Part shown: positions 1-13,439 of the stretch, in pieces
Position numbering within the stretch: position 1 is the first letter of the stretch
Layout of the letters: the number at the start of each line of letters is the position of its first letter
NCBI GenBank assembly: GCA_951406725.2
Contig: OX597829.1
Coordinates: 5,518,001-5,582,000, forward strand
From: Octopus vulgaris
Taxonomy: Eukaryota
Length of the DNA: 64,000 bases
Direction of reading: 5' to 3'
Translations under genes and position numbers: made by a program
The notes under the pieces: model-generated
Told to the model about the DNA's origin: nothing
What the model saw: the letters and a program-made list of their open reading frames with translations, nothing else
Database searches by the model: none

Positions 1-515
1 CCCCATTTTGTGTGACGAGAAAATGGAAACAATAAGTCACTTTATTAGTTAATGTAAGGTACTATCACAGAAAGAGTAGGAGAAGAGGCACGACAACATC
101 ACAGAATTGGTTCACTGGAAGCTCTGTCTTAATTGAGTATAGCATGGGCAGAAGTGAGAAATGGTATGAGAATCAACCGGAAAGGACTGCTAGAAACGAA
201 CAATATAAGATCTTGTGGGACTTGACCATCCAGTGTGGTCATCTTATATTGGCTAAAAGAAGAACAAAACAATTATTGTTTATGTCGCTTCACCGTGGGA
301 CCATAGGGTGAATGAGAAAGCAGGTGAGACAGTTGGGAAATATCAGGATCTGAAGAGGGAAATCAAGAAATAATGGGAATCCGGCACAGAGGAGCCGTAC
401 AGATTGTGTTTGACGCACTGGGAGCAGTTATTAAAGGGTTAGATGCCTGGTTTGAGAAGATAGGAATTGACACCAGAAAATACTAAGATTTTAAGGGGGT
501 GTTAAAATGTTGAAA
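1..515 (+). mobile_element. Degenerate 3' fragment of an RLE-type non-LTR retrotransposon (R4/Dong-like)
   Basis: Manual translation gives CDEKMETISHFIS*CKVLSQKE*EKRHDNITELVHWKLC (CCHC knuckle plus RHD motif), later ILWDLTIQC, with stops and frameshifts. Homologous to 866-1494. Confidence 0.75.
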
Positions 516-613
516 GTGAAGGAATGTCCAAAAGGAATTCTGGTCACTGGATATAGCCCGCTCTTTTGGTATAGTGTCAGTATATAACATCCGCCAAAGG
601 AAACGCATCACGG

Positions 614-862
<249 letters not shown>

Positions 863-865
863 ATA

Positions 866-1572
866 AAGCACTAAGAACAAAATATGTAAAAAACAGAATT
901 GACAACACATCAGAAAGTGATAAGTGCAGAACCTGTGGACAAAGTGGTAAAACCGTATGGCATATTACCAGTCAATGTACACCACTAGCCCAGAAGGAAT
1001 GTAAGAGAGGCCACGACAATATAGCAAGGCTTATCCATTGGACATTCTGCAACAAGTATGGACTTGACAGAGCAAAGAATTGGTACGACCACAAACCTGA
1101 ATGCATCGATGAAAATAGAAATGCAAAGATCCTATAGGATTTTATGATTCAGTGCGATCATGAGATGGAGAATAGGAGACCAGACATAGTCTTAATTGAG
1201 AAAGAAAACAAACTATGCTGGATCATAGATATAGCATGCCCAGCTGATGAAAAGGTATGCGATAAGGAAAAAAGAAAAGTCGAGAGATATGACAGGTTAG
1301 CTTGGGAAGTTAAGCAGTTGTGGTCGATGAAAAAGGTAGCAGTAGTACCAATAATTGTCGGAGCCCTGGGAACAGTGAGCAAAAATCTCGAGAAGTACGT
1401 GGAACAAATAGGGGCTGCAATAAGGGTGGAGCACTTGCAGAAAACAGCACTGCTTGGAACCGCTCGAATACTCCGGAAGGTGCTCGAAAAATAAGAGGTG
1501 TTACCTTAGTTCACTGGTAGTGAACAGCTGATAACGTAGTACATCTCCAGCGTTAGAAGCTGTGCAAAGGCA
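866..1572 (+). mobile_element. 5'-truncated Dong/R4-clade LINE: zinc knuckle, restriction-like endonuclease and 3' UTR
   Basis: CRTCGQSGKTVWHITSQC knuckle, GHDNIA, RRPDIVLIEK...IIDIACP (PD-D/ExK RLE), VPIIVGALG. ORFs 574-1137 and 1144-1494 are one frame split by a TAG at 1135-1137 (W expected). Flanked by (TAA)n on both sides, the known Dong target. Confidence 0.9.
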
Positions 1573-1734
<162 letters not shown>

Positions 1735-1781
1735 TCGAAAAATACCTTAGGAATGAGAATCCATGTTCGAAATTTCTCGAA

Positions 1782-1827
1782 GACACCTGATGAAGGCTGG
1801 AGGGTATATCAGCTGAAATGTTGTGTT
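1782..1827 (+). ncRNA. Minimal type I hammerhead-like motif (Penelope-type), probably decayed
   Basis: gacac-CTGATGA-a-ggctg(gagggtatat)cagct-GAAA-tgtt-gtgtt: stem I gacac/gtgtt, stem II ggctg/cagct, intact core boxes, very short stem III. Confidence 0.6.
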
Positions 1828-2193
1828 AACAACAAACAAGATGAGGACAAATATCCGTCAAATGTAAATAATGTAAATAATGAAGAAGAAGAAGAATCCT
1901 TTCTATTATATGAAGAAGGCCTGAAATTCTGGAGAGGGCGGTAGTCGATTGCACCGACCCCAGGGCACAACTGGTGCTTATTTTATCGATTACCATAATG
2001 ATTCCTGAATGTTCGGAAAAAAACATGTCTAGGAGATAATGGTTTGCTCAAAGCATCCGCCCTCAGCTTCCATCGAGGCCTCAAGATGGTTCCAGTTCTT
2101 AGTGCATGCATTCCTCACTGTGTCTCTGAGAAGAGGACCTTCGAACATCTTCTAGATCTTAGATCTATCTTAGGTATATGTGTGTGTGTTGTT

Positions 2194-2268
2194 TTGTCTC
2201 AGTCATTTAACTGCGGCCATACTGGAGCACCGCTTTTTTAGTTGAACAAATCAACACCAGGACTTATT

Positions 2269-2319
<51 letters not shown>

Positions 2320-2531
2320 TGAGGGACTTGGTGTGTGAAAGACGGAAACTGAAAGAAGTCCGTCGTATATAAATATATATATATATATACGATGAGCTTC
2401 TTTCAGTTTCCATCTACCAAATCCACTCAGAAGGCTTTGGTCGGCTCGAGGCTACAGTAGAAAACATTTGCTCAAGGTGCCATGCCATGGAACTGAACCC
2501 AGAATCATGCAGTTGGTAAACAAGCTGCGCC

Positions 2532-2532
<1 letters not shown>
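2194..2532 (-). mobile_element. Fragments of tRNA-derived SINE family A interleaved with (TA)n
   Basis: Reverse complement of the family-A tail (ccagcatggccgcagt..aaatgactga) at about 2194-2270 and of the head/body at about 2389-2532. Confidence 0.75.
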
Positions 2533-2567
<35 letters not shown>

Positions 2568-2571
<4 letters not shown>

Positions 2572-2778
2572 ATCCAATCATGAAAACACAAAGAGAAAAC
2601 ACAACAACGCGAGGACGTGGAACAAATATAGTATTATTGGACGCTCAGGAAAGAAGGAAAGAAGGAGGGTTTAACGATTCGAGCGGAGCTCTTCGTCGGA
2701 AACATAGGAAAAGGAAAGATCCAAAGAAGGGAAGACGGAGGAAAAAAAATCGCCAACGGTACACACGAGGTCACATTA
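2568..2778 (-). mobile_element. Short Penelope pLTR-like remnant with a degenerate hammerhead motif
   Basis: Minus strand 2703-2669 reads gttt-CCGACGA-a-gagc(tcc)gctc-GAAT-cgtt-aaac. Adjacent to (TA)n. Confidence 0.5.
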
Positions 2779-3243
2779 AACATACACATAACATACGTAT
2801 GTTATATATGTATTAATATACATATAAGTACTTATATATACACATAAATAGGTGCCTGTGTAAATGTGTGTACACCTATATGTATTTATATACATATACA
2901 CACATATGAATACATGCGTACATACATATGCATGCATGTGTGTGTGTGTGTGCGCGTGTGTATGTGTGTGTATGTGTGTGTATGTGTAGGTTTAGTGATG
3001 AAAACAGAAAAAATAGCATTCATAACATGAGTATACATGTCTTTATTCTTTAGCGGCTGAAGTTACAGAGTGACTCAAGGGCCGAGGGTTTCAGGCCAAC
3101 CTACGAAACCTTCGGCCGATTATTAAATATATATATATATATATATATAAATATATATTATATCTATGACAGCCCTTCACACACTCTCTCTCCCCTCTCT
3201 CTCCCTTTCTCTCTCACCCTCTCCCTCCTCTCTCACCCTCTCC

Positions 3244-3277
<34 letters not shown>

Positions 3278-3380
3278 TCTCTCTGTTCTTTACGGCATGT
3301 TGCCCTGCTCCTCTATGTTTCTCATTCAGCTTGGTCGTGTGCCCCTCATTTTCTTTATCACTGTATGCGTGTCTGTGTGT

Positions 3381-3760
3381 GGAGGCGCAATGGCCCAGTG
3401 GTTAGGGCAGCGGACTCGCGGTCGTAGGATCGCGGTTTCGATTCCCAGACCGGGCGTTGTGAGTGTTTATTGAGCGAAAACACCTAAAGCTCCATGAGGC
3501 TCCGGCAGGGGATGGTGGTGACCCCTGCTGTACTCTTTCACCACAACTTTCTCTCACTCTTACTTCCTGTTTCTGTTGTACCTGTATTTCAAAGGGCCGT
3601 CCTTGTCACTCTCTGTGTCACGCTGAATATCCCCGAGAACTACTTTGAGGGTACACGTGTCTGTGGAGTGCTCAGCCACTTACACGTTAATTTCACGAGC
3701 AGGCTGTTCCGTTGATCGGATCAACCGGAACCCTCGTCGTCGTAACCGACAGAGTGCTTC
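3381..3760 (+). mobile_element. tRNA-derived SINE, family B
   Basis: Head ggaggcgcaatggcccagtggttagggcagcggactcgcggtcgtaggatcgcggtttcgattcccag has A- and B-box-like motifs. The 3' body (ttaatttcacgagcaggctgttccgttgatcggatcaac) recurs inverted at 6863-7143 and 13440-13755. Confidence 0.85.
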
Positions 3761-4572
3761 CCACATGCGTGTGTATATGTGTGTGTTTCAGTGTATGTGT
3801 GTTTTCTTGTGTGTGTGTGTGTGTGTGTATAGGTGCGTTTGTGTCTGTGTGTCTGTGTGTTTGTGGGTGTGTGTGTGTGTGTGTGTGTAATATCTCTACT
3901 GTGGCTATGTCGTTCCCTATTTCCAGGAGTCTGTCCCAGTCTTTGGAAACGTGCTAGTCTGTGATCCTCACCCACTAACCCCTTCAAAAGAGCAACAGTC
4001 CTGACCCTGCCAGTTAGTTGCCTACCTATTACCCCCCCCCCCCCCACCTTCCAACATATCAAAGATGTCAGAAAGTCTGTAAACAAGACTTTTTTCATCA
4101 CCTTACTCAACGCACAGATACCCCACTGCCACCATACTAAACGCTTTGGTACCGAATTATTCCGCACTGTCTGGAATTTCTAACCACCACCTACACCACC
4201 ACCACCACCACCACCACCACCACCACCACCACCATCACCACCACCACTCGACAGAACTTTAAGCTGAACATCAGCCACATTGAATTTCACCAGTCTCAGT
4301 GAGTCTGCGGTTATCATGGGCAAGCTTCAACTACCTCCTCTTCTCTGTCTAAAACAATAATCTTAAGCCTAAAAACAGCAAAAAAACATACACACACACA
4401 AAAACATACACACACACACACACACATACACGCATACACGCACACACGCATACTCACATACACTAACACACATTTTAAATGAGAGTTAGTGATGAAATTT
4501 GAGTTCGTATATACTCATACATAAACACAGAGAGAGAGACACATGTGAATAAATGTATGTATGTGTGTGTTT

Positions 4573-4614
<42 letters not shown>

Positions 4615-4688
4615 ATGTAAGGTTAGATGTATACATGTATACATAGTCACAAATATATACATCCAATTACACTCGGTATCGGATTAAC

Positions 4689-5843
4689 GCATACATACAT
4701 CCATGCATACTAAAATACATACATACATAAAAAAAAAGAGGAAGAGAACATACATATACATACAAACATACAAAAAGAAGAGAATATATACACACAGATA
4801 TATACATACAGAAATACATACTAACTAAAATAGAGACATACATAAAATACCTACGTGCAAAAATACTTACATACTAAAATACATGCATATATACATACAT
4901 ACACACACACATACATACATGCATACATACATACATACATGCATACATACATACATACATATATACACACATACATACATACATACATACACACATACAT
5001 ACGCACATACATACATACATACATACATACATACATACATACATACATACATACACACACACATACATACATGCATACATACATACATACAAACATACAT
5101 ACATACATACATACACACATACATACGCACATACATACATACATACATACATGCATCATACATACATACATACATACATACATACATACACACATACATA
5201 CATACATACATACATACATACACACATACATACATACATACATACATACATACATACATACATACATACATACATACATACACACATACATACATACATA
5301 CATACATACACACATACACATACATACATACGCACATACATACATACATACATACATACATACATACATACATACATACATACATACATACATACATACA
5401 TACATACATACATACATACATACATACATACACATACACATACATACATACATACATACATACATACATACATACATACACACATACATACATACATACA
5501 TACATACATACATACATACATACATACATACATACATACATACATACATACATACATACATACATACATACATACATACATACATACATACATACGCATA
5601 CATACATACATACATACATACATACATACATACATACATACATACATACATACAAACATACATACATACATACATACATACATACATACATACATACATA
5701 CATACATACATACATACATACATACATACATACATACATACATACATACATACATACATACATACATACATACACACACACACATACATACATACATACA
5801 TACATACATACATACATACATACATACATACATACATACATAC
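4689..5843. repeat. (TACA)n tetranucleotide microsatellite
   Basis: Directly visible; source of the YVCM/HTYI ORFs. Confidence 0.97.
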
Positions 5844-5925
5844 TAACGTACAGACAAAACTGTAGGGATAACTTGAATTCACAACGCATGAACTTCCCAA
5901 ACAGGGCTTGATTCCGCAACGAGGA

Positions 5926-5983
<58 letters not shown>

Positions 5984-6078
5984 ATAATTGTCACATATAT
6001 TTACAGATAAATTCCTCTATTTACGTAATATCGAGGTCTCTTTCATACGTTTGTTGTCTTGCAATTTCTATCAACATA

Positions 6079-6178
<100 letters not shown>

Positions 6179-6284
6179 ATCTAAAAATGTAAGCAGAATC
6201 CTATTACTTGTGCTGAGAAAAGATACTCTATAAAGTACATTTTTCTCTTTACGTTATAAACTCAGTAATGACTTTTCTGCTATA

Positions 6285-6700
6285 ATGTGACAAAAATGAT
6301 CCCTCAGTTGGCTTTATATATAGTATTAAAAGTGTACTGGGACGAACTTTACATACAACTAAATTGTTTCATGATAAACTAATTACACCAAGTAACATTT
6401 GTTAAATGCAAGAGATGCGTTGAGGACTGTAATTTTATTCTTGAGAGTGATGAGAGTATTTTGTTCTCAAAAGTGTGAACACTGTGCAAATACATGTTTA
6501 AACAAGGCTGGCACCATCTGCCACAACAGATCAAACTCCGGCAACCGCTAATGCTCTTCACAACAGAACTGGCCTGCAACACTGAGGTGCCAGAGACTGT
6601 AGGGGCAATCATAATAATAAGTGCATTCAAAAGCTGAAGAGCAAAGGGTACAAACAGTTGAAGTGAATGTTTTAAGAAGATTTCAAGAAAAGTTTATTTC
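6285..6700 (+). pseudogene. Decayed Cys-rich coding remnant of unknown, probably transposon, origin
   Basis: With frameshifts: CDKNDPSVGFIYSIKSVLG...KCKRCVEDCNFIL...KCEHCANTCLNKAGTICHN...WPATLRC/RDCRGNHNNKCIQKLK. Multiple CxxC motifs. Confidence 0.35.
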
Positions 6701-6862
6701 GTTTTAAAACTCTAAGAAACCCATTGTGTTGTTGTTTACGATGATTAACGAAACCATGGTGAATATTTAAAGGAGAGTAATGACTCCTCACTTTGGTAAA
6801 CTAACTCTTCTTTACAGCTCTTCTCTGCGACTACAAATCAGTTCCAAGGAAACACCAACGAC

Positions 6863-7143
6863 CTGGCACTCCGTCACTTACGACGACAACGGTTCCAACT
6901 GATCCAATGTAAGGAACAACTTGCTCGTGAAATTAACGCTCAAACATGCCTACCTTTGACATAGTTCTAAGGGAAGTTCAGTGTAACAGCATGTGAGAAG
7001 GCAGGCTTTTAAATTACAGCATTTTTGCTGGCTGAGTGAACTGCAGTAACATGAAATAAAGCACACAATGCGCCGTCGGGAATCGAGCTCGCGTCCTTTA
7101 GATCACGAGCCGAATACTCTAAGCACCAAGCCACGCGCCTTCA
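6863..7143 (-). mobile_element. SINE, family B-related, diverged
   Basis: Minus-strand head gaaggcgcgtggcttggtgcttagagtattcggctcgtgatc..gagctcgattccc; 3' part matches 3650-3760. Confidence 0.75.
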
Positions 7144-7329
7144 GCAAAGAGACACCAAAGAAGCATCCGCAGGCAAATCATAAATTGGAAAATAGAAAAA
7201 AGATTGTTGATCCGCTAAAGACAAGTAGTTATATGGTGATGTTTAAAACATGCAAACAATCAAATTCCTTATTGACAATAAATGAAATATAAAGTCGCAG
7301 CAATATCCGGAAATAGCAGAAGATTCCAT

Positions 7330-7710
7330 CATCATCTGGTCGTGCTTATCGCACGGATCGCTGTGACTCGTTCTCTCCAGTCTGTTCTGCCTGCCAATGC
7401 ACGTGGTGGGTCTTTTCGGGTGCACAGTTGCTTTATGTAGGCTCGTCGTTGTCTACCAACATGTACACACACACACACTTCGAACCTCAGAGAATAACGT
7501 CGCTGATGATCTTATCCTTTACCATCCAGAGATGTCTTGCGAATCTTGGTCTTTCTCTGATGACATGAGATATTGGTTGTAAACTATCATAGAGAAGTTA
7601 CTTCGTAGGGTGTTGTTTCCAGGATATTTCCAGAGCAGCTCGAAGCATATTCTTGCATAAGTTCCGTCAATTTTCTTTTCAAGACACTTTATTAATGTCC
7701 ATACTGTACA
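7330..7710 (-). mobile_element. RTE-clade LINE 3' end, degenerate
   Basis: Minus-strand translation with frameshifts: WTLIKCLEKKIDGTYAR-MLRAALEISWKQHPTK*LLYDSLQPISHVIRER..VGRQRRAYIKQL..DWRER. Ends near a (GAT)n-like tail. Confidence 0.75.
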
Positions 7711-7714
7711 GAAT

Positions 7715-10700
7715 GACTGCAGAATGCAGAACTGACAGCAGAATCGCCTAAAGGAAAATACGTTTCAAATTTGTTTGTTTCGTCGTAGAAACTGCTATCT
7801 GCCAACGGTGAAATACACGAAGACGGTGGGCGAAAAAAACTTCCGAAGTGATGGTAAGGGTTACCCTGTTTAGAAAGACAACTACTGCAACATCTTATAG
7901 GTGTGTCGTCCGTAGATGAAATATTCAGCAAATAAAAATAAGCATGACCCTTTCTCTTAGCCAAAGGAGACTACTATAAATTTCAATTCACAAACGAGTT
8001 AAAAGTTGTTAAGAACAAACTTCTACATCATATAGTAACAGACAAAAAGAATGCACATTAAACTCAGTCAGCTCAATCAATAATTTATATGAGGGGACAA
8101 TAAAGAAAATATCACACAGGTTCCTTAGAAATATATGAATTCATTCTTGAGAAAAAATCTGGAATAAGAAACAAGCGTTCGACCAGAATACAGCTAAGAG
8201 AAATTTAAAAGATATTTTGTCTTTAAATTACGCCAAAAGCAATAAATTACCAATAGCGGTAATCTTGTGCCTAGGATATAATAGAAAATGTTCAGGATAG
8301 GAAAGCACAAAAAATTCTTGATTGTCTGAAAATGGTACAAAAAATAACCTATCTTATCGAATTTTGCCAGAAAGTTGTCGTTGAAGATATACATATACGA
8401 AGCTAGCTGGCGCTGACAGAAATAAATATTACAGCAAAGAAAACCACTCATTTGAAGGAAAACTTACGTCCAACTACATGCCAGAATGTAACGTGTCAAT
8501 TGTGAGAGAATGTCTCAACTTATTCCTATAGGATTACTGTAGCAGTAGTAACAACTGAAAAATTAGCTTTGAAGAAAGGATATATGCTGAATAACTTCTG
8601 ATTAATAGAGCTATAATATCAGTGGTGGCAGTGGAGAAACTTGGTTACTGTCTAGCAGGATCACAAAAAAAAATTCGAGTCTAATCCTTATTCATAAATA
8701 CTCGAGGCCCTTCGACTTGTTAAAGTTCTTTATACTATAAATGTGGTTATAAGCAATCTGACTTTGTCCTGGGTCACAATTCCAAAGTTAAACAGAAGGA
8801 AATTATTGAATTATCACTGATAGGATATCGCAGCGGGTGCATTTCAAAGAGACAGTTCATATTTTTTTATCATAGAAAGTTGTTTATGCTTTCAGTAGAC
8901 TAATTTATACGTTTAATCGAGAAAATCTGAAGGCTTACAGGAGGACTGAAACACCGACCTAACACACAGCTTCTTTGTAGACAACTTGAAAATATAGGAA
9001 AAAATACGAATGGTGTGATGAAGAGCCAGAACCTGCTTGAGATATTATCAAGGAAAATATATTTGATACTTCACAAGGATAAATATTTTTACATGACTGT
9101 AAATCAAAGAAATATTTTGCAAGAGCTAAGCAATGGCTTTATTAGGAATAACCAATATTATTGGGATAGATAAATATATGTATTGCATAATGGAACTCGC
9201 TGTGAGAAGTGCTTAACAAGGGAATATAACACACTGATAGAAAAATATGGTTCCAAGGACTTCTGCATGCAATAAATCACAATGTGTTTGCTGACCAGGG
9301 CAGGCCAATGGCGTTAAAATACGAAAACTATTAGCCATCACCATAACAGTGATATAAACTACATCTACCTAAAATTAATATAAAAAGACTGAAGCTTAAC
9401 ATCGAATCGAACGGTTTTTAAATTTTACGTCATATTCCTTTCACAATATTTATCGACCATAAATGCCTTAATGTATCAATGGTTCAAATCTGCATTCATA
9501 AGGTGGTGTTCAGAAAATATTCCCTAACTGATGACTAAGGATACTTAAGAACTTTTACAACTCTATTGCAACAGACCATCTGATGAAAGTTTGCCGGTTT
9601 ATCAACTAATCATGCTTAGACATGCTGTCAGAAAGCTTCAAAGTGACAGCAACACTGATTGTTAAAGTAGTCTACATTAAACCAGCAGCCAGAATATTAG
9701 CTCTCTTTGAAGAGTATTCTTCTGCTATCCAAGAACAATAAACATTAACGAAATAGCTGGAGTAGAAAAGGGATAAAGATGCAGGTACAACATAAAAATT
9801 CAACAATTGTTGCAGTCTCTGAAATTAGCACTGAAGACGTCACAAATAGCAGTGGTCCGAAATACTTTTTACATATGAAGCTTGATTTTGTGGTTAAAAA
9901 AAAATATTATATCATGGAATCCGTAGAGGGATATAAGTGATTTGGGTGGTAATCTAATTTTTAATATGAAAATATATTGGTGGAATTTTACTGTCAAGAA
10001 CTTAATGATCAAGGATTTAAAAAAAAAGTTTTCAGAGTAATGAAAATCAGTTGTATGTCAGATATAAAAATAACGTTATTAATGAAAAGGAAAATGTTTA
10101 TGATAATTTAATGAGCAAGATGCAGAAATTTGTACCTGTATTTATTGAGGTACACGGATAGAAAATTAACTGGTTCGGTGCATATCTTCATAAACTGACA
10201 AAATCAGAAAGAACACGACTAATAAGAAATTTTCAATTAGAAGATATTAATGGAAATATATAAAATATTTCAGAAGCTTAGCCTGTAATAATTGCATGTA
10301 CTCTCTCATAAACATACGAACCTCTGTACATATCCGTAAGTCAAACTACATAGATTCAGATATTTACTGACATCCATGATTATACATACTTAGTTGTGTA
10401 GATACGTACATAATCATTTAGTTGGCAACGTTTAAATTGCAATGAAAGGGTCTCGTTTTGGTGTCACAGGGTAGCATTTTCTCTATTAGTGACAAATTTG
10501 AAAGCTAAAATTAGGATATACATAAAACCTGGTATCGCATTGGAAGCCACCAATTTGAAGTAAATAAACTTTGTTACTGAGAGAAAACAACTAATGTATA
10601 GTAATTACACTTGCAATATATACAAGTGCTTATATTTCAACATTTTCTGAACCACAGGCTGAAGACCTACACATTTTATTGTGATGGAATAATCATTATA

Positions 10701-11700
10701 GTTAGGGATATAAAAACAGCAGTTGATGTGTCATATATAATATCAGTTCATATATTTTTAACATAGAAAGTTGTCAGTGCAAAATTACATTAGTCAGCAA
10801 AGCACAAATTTTCGCAATGACACTAGTGAATAAAACTTTACATCTGGATATCAATGCCAGGTCATTTTGAATGTCACAAGGTTAAACTGGATGGCTATGA
10901 AAATGAAATGAATATTTCACAGTGAAAAATGAACATACTTGCTGAAACTGACAAAAAAAAATTTTTTAATTTGTTTCGGGTGATCATTCGGCTAAGCGTG
11001 TGTCTTGTATTGAGAGCAGCTAGATAAATATTCCTTTTGTAGTTTAGACTACATCGTTGAAAAGACATAAGACATACAAATGTAAGCAACAATGGTATGT
11101 AAATTGCAATGGATTGTACACTGTAAGCGACAATAACTTTTTAATTTCCCCCGTAGTGGTATGCGACAGTTGTTTACGATGAACAATAAATTTGTTTATA
11201 TTTTCAGTCTTTTATAAACTTGTCGAAGTTAACAAATTATATGCCTCATATTGAGATTGGCTAAATGAAAACTTCGTTTCAGGTATAGGTTCTGTTGTTG
11301 CAACAACAAAGAAGGTTGGCCTTTTGATACAATGGTTAAAAGTAAGCTGCGGTAGATTGTGACAAAACTGAGCTGCCTTGTAATAGAAAGCTGCAATACT
11401 TGTTAATATTTATGTTCATGAATGCTCACGAAACTTGTCTACGCAAAGGAAACGAAAGATGTGCGACCAATTCAATTCAAAATAAACAATATCTGGCCGA
11501 TAAATAAATTGCATAATTGTTGAGTGCTATAATAATTGCTGTAAGGTAGTTTGTATGCATAGTCCTTCTATATCGCTGTTGCTAAAAAGTGCTGATGAAG
11601 AAAATACCTGAATGAGCAGTAGATTGGTCATATGACTGTCTGCAACCAGCGACAAGAAAAATCTGTGAAGAAATATTTAGATATATAATTTAACGATACG
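7715..11700 (+). pseudogene. About 4 kb of repeat-free, heavily decayed coding-like sequence; possible large DNA-transposon ORF
   Basis: No microsatellites or SINEs, A-rich plus strand, long broken protein-like frames (SLEIYEFILEK, KLPIAVIL, ITYLIEFCQK, VFADQG, IAGVEKG, TFSEPQ, LNENFVSGI, DWSYDCLQP/QEKSVK). Confidence 0.3.
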
Positions 11701-11873
11701 GAAGCGAAATCAATGTGTTCACACGATGTATATCGCAAAACTCCCTCTCAGTGACTCCTACCGACATCTTATCTCAACCAAAACACTACTCTTTATAACA
11801 GTTCGGCTAGTCCAATCTTCCAATGCGCATATGAGTATGTGCGTATGTATGTATATATGTATATATATTATAT

Positions 11874-12095
11874 ATTTCTTTACTACCCACAAGGAGTTAA
11901 ACACAGAGAGGACAAACAAAGACAGACAAACGGATTAAATTGATAACATTGACCCCAGTCCGTAACTGGTACTTAATTTATCGACCCCGAAAGGATGAAA
12001 GGCAAAGTCAACCTCGGCGGAATTTAAACTCGGAACGTAACGACAGACGAAATACGGCTACACATTTCGCCCGGTGTGCTAACGATTCTGCCAGA
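11874..12095 (-). mobile_element. tRNA-derived SINE family C with MetaSINE-like central domain
   Basis: Minus strand ctggcagaatcgttagc..gagtttaaattccgccgagg..gcctttcatcctttcggggtcgataaattaagtaccag resembles the Meta/Sauria-type core. Many copies in this window. Confidence 0.85.
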
Positions 12096-12111
12096 TATAT
12101 ACATACATACA

Positions 12112-12450
12112 TGCGCGGGGACATAGAAATAATCGGACTGAATACCCGATCGCGCGGTTAAACCATTGGGAGTGAAGGACTCCTAGCCTTTGTTATGGCA
12201 TCCTTCTAGGAGAAGGTAACTCAGGTAACTGGGATAACTCCGACATAAAACCTGCGGCTCAGTGGTTACCGATGATGTTGCCTTGTTCTTCTTTTCGGAT
12301 TATGGCTGATGTTGCTTAGTGAGTGGAATTGACTCAGTGCACAGCCTTTCTTCACTTTAAAATAAATCTTCCTGCACAGACATTGCACGATAACAACATT
12401 GATTAAGCTTCGTGCAATGGCCATACACGATAACGAGGGGGCAACCACTT
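12112..12450 (+). mobile_element. 5'-truncated non-coding RTE-derived element ending in (TATG)n
   Basis: Near-identical to 56823-57161. Contains the RTE 5'UTR-like motif ggcatccttctaggagaaggtaactc. Confidence 0.75.
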
Positions 12451-12452
12451 TG

Positions 12453-12486
<34 letters not shown>

Positions 12487-13027
12487 TGTATGTATGTATG
12501 TATGTATGTATGTATGTATGTATGTATGTATGTATGTATGTATGTTTGTATGTATGTATGTATGTATGTATGTATGTATGTATGTTTGTATATATGTATG
12601 TATATATGTATGTATATATGTATGTATTTATGTGTGTATGTATGTTTGTATGTATGTGTGTATGTATGTATGTTTGTATGTATGTTTGTATGTATGTTTG
12701 TATGTATGTATGTATATATATATGTATGTGTGTGTGTGTACGTATGTATGTTTGTATGTATGTCTGTATGTATGTATGTATGTTTGTCTGTATGTACGTA
12801 TGTATGTATGTGTGTATGTATGTACGTGTGTATGTAAGTATGTATGTTTGTATGTGTGTTTGTATGTATGTATGTATGTATGTATGTATGTATGTATGTT
12901 TGTATGTGTGTTTGTATGTATGTATGTATGTATGTATGTATGTATGTGTGTATGTGTGTTTGTATGCATGTGTGTATGTATGTATGTATGTTTGTATGTA
13001 TGTATATATATGTGTGTGTGTGTGTGT
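12451..13027. repeat. (TATG)n microsatellite
   Basis: Directly visible. Confidence 0.95.
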
Positions 13028-13439
13028 AACAAGAGAGGGAGAGAGAGAGAGAAAGAGAAGGGAGAGAGAAAGAAGGGAGAGAGAGAGAGAGAGAGTTATG
13101 GAATACGATCTGGCATTTTCCCTTCATAACCATTTGCTAAGAAATAATCAACACAAGCAACACAAGTCATTCACCAACGCATAAAATAATACCCAGCAAC
13201 TCGTGAATAAATCATAAACTCCACCCAACTGCTTATGATTGATCAAATTTATATGACGTCATTATGACATCATGAGCACTTCGAATTTACATTTCCCATC
13301 ATATAAACCAGCTCTAATGTTATTTTTAGCAAGCTTAAATTGATTTCTTTTGTGCCGTAAACTATTTATCATTTCTTTGATGCCCCTCTTCCTTTGATGC
13401 CCCAAACACGTACTTGTTTTGCTTAATGGTTAATCCAGT

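Noticed and set aside
1135-1143. Programmed stop-codon readthrough joining the two LINE ORFs
   Set aside because: A TGG-to-TAG mutation in a 5'-truncated dead copy is simpler; the related copy at 23.7 kb has ILWDF.
3381-3455. Functional tRNA gene
   Set aside because: A/B boxes are present but there is no closed acceptor stem, and the sequence continues into a SINE body repeated elsewhere in the window.
3960-4300. Possible L2/CR1-like LINE 3' remnant
   Set aside because: Only a faint R...WN...FK pattern interrupted by (CAC)n; not enough to call.
4851-5994. Long YVCM/HTYI ORFs here and at 12.4, 26.6, 28.3, 55.4 and 57.1 kb
   Set aside because: Stop-free translations of (TATG)n microsatellites, open in many frames on both strands.
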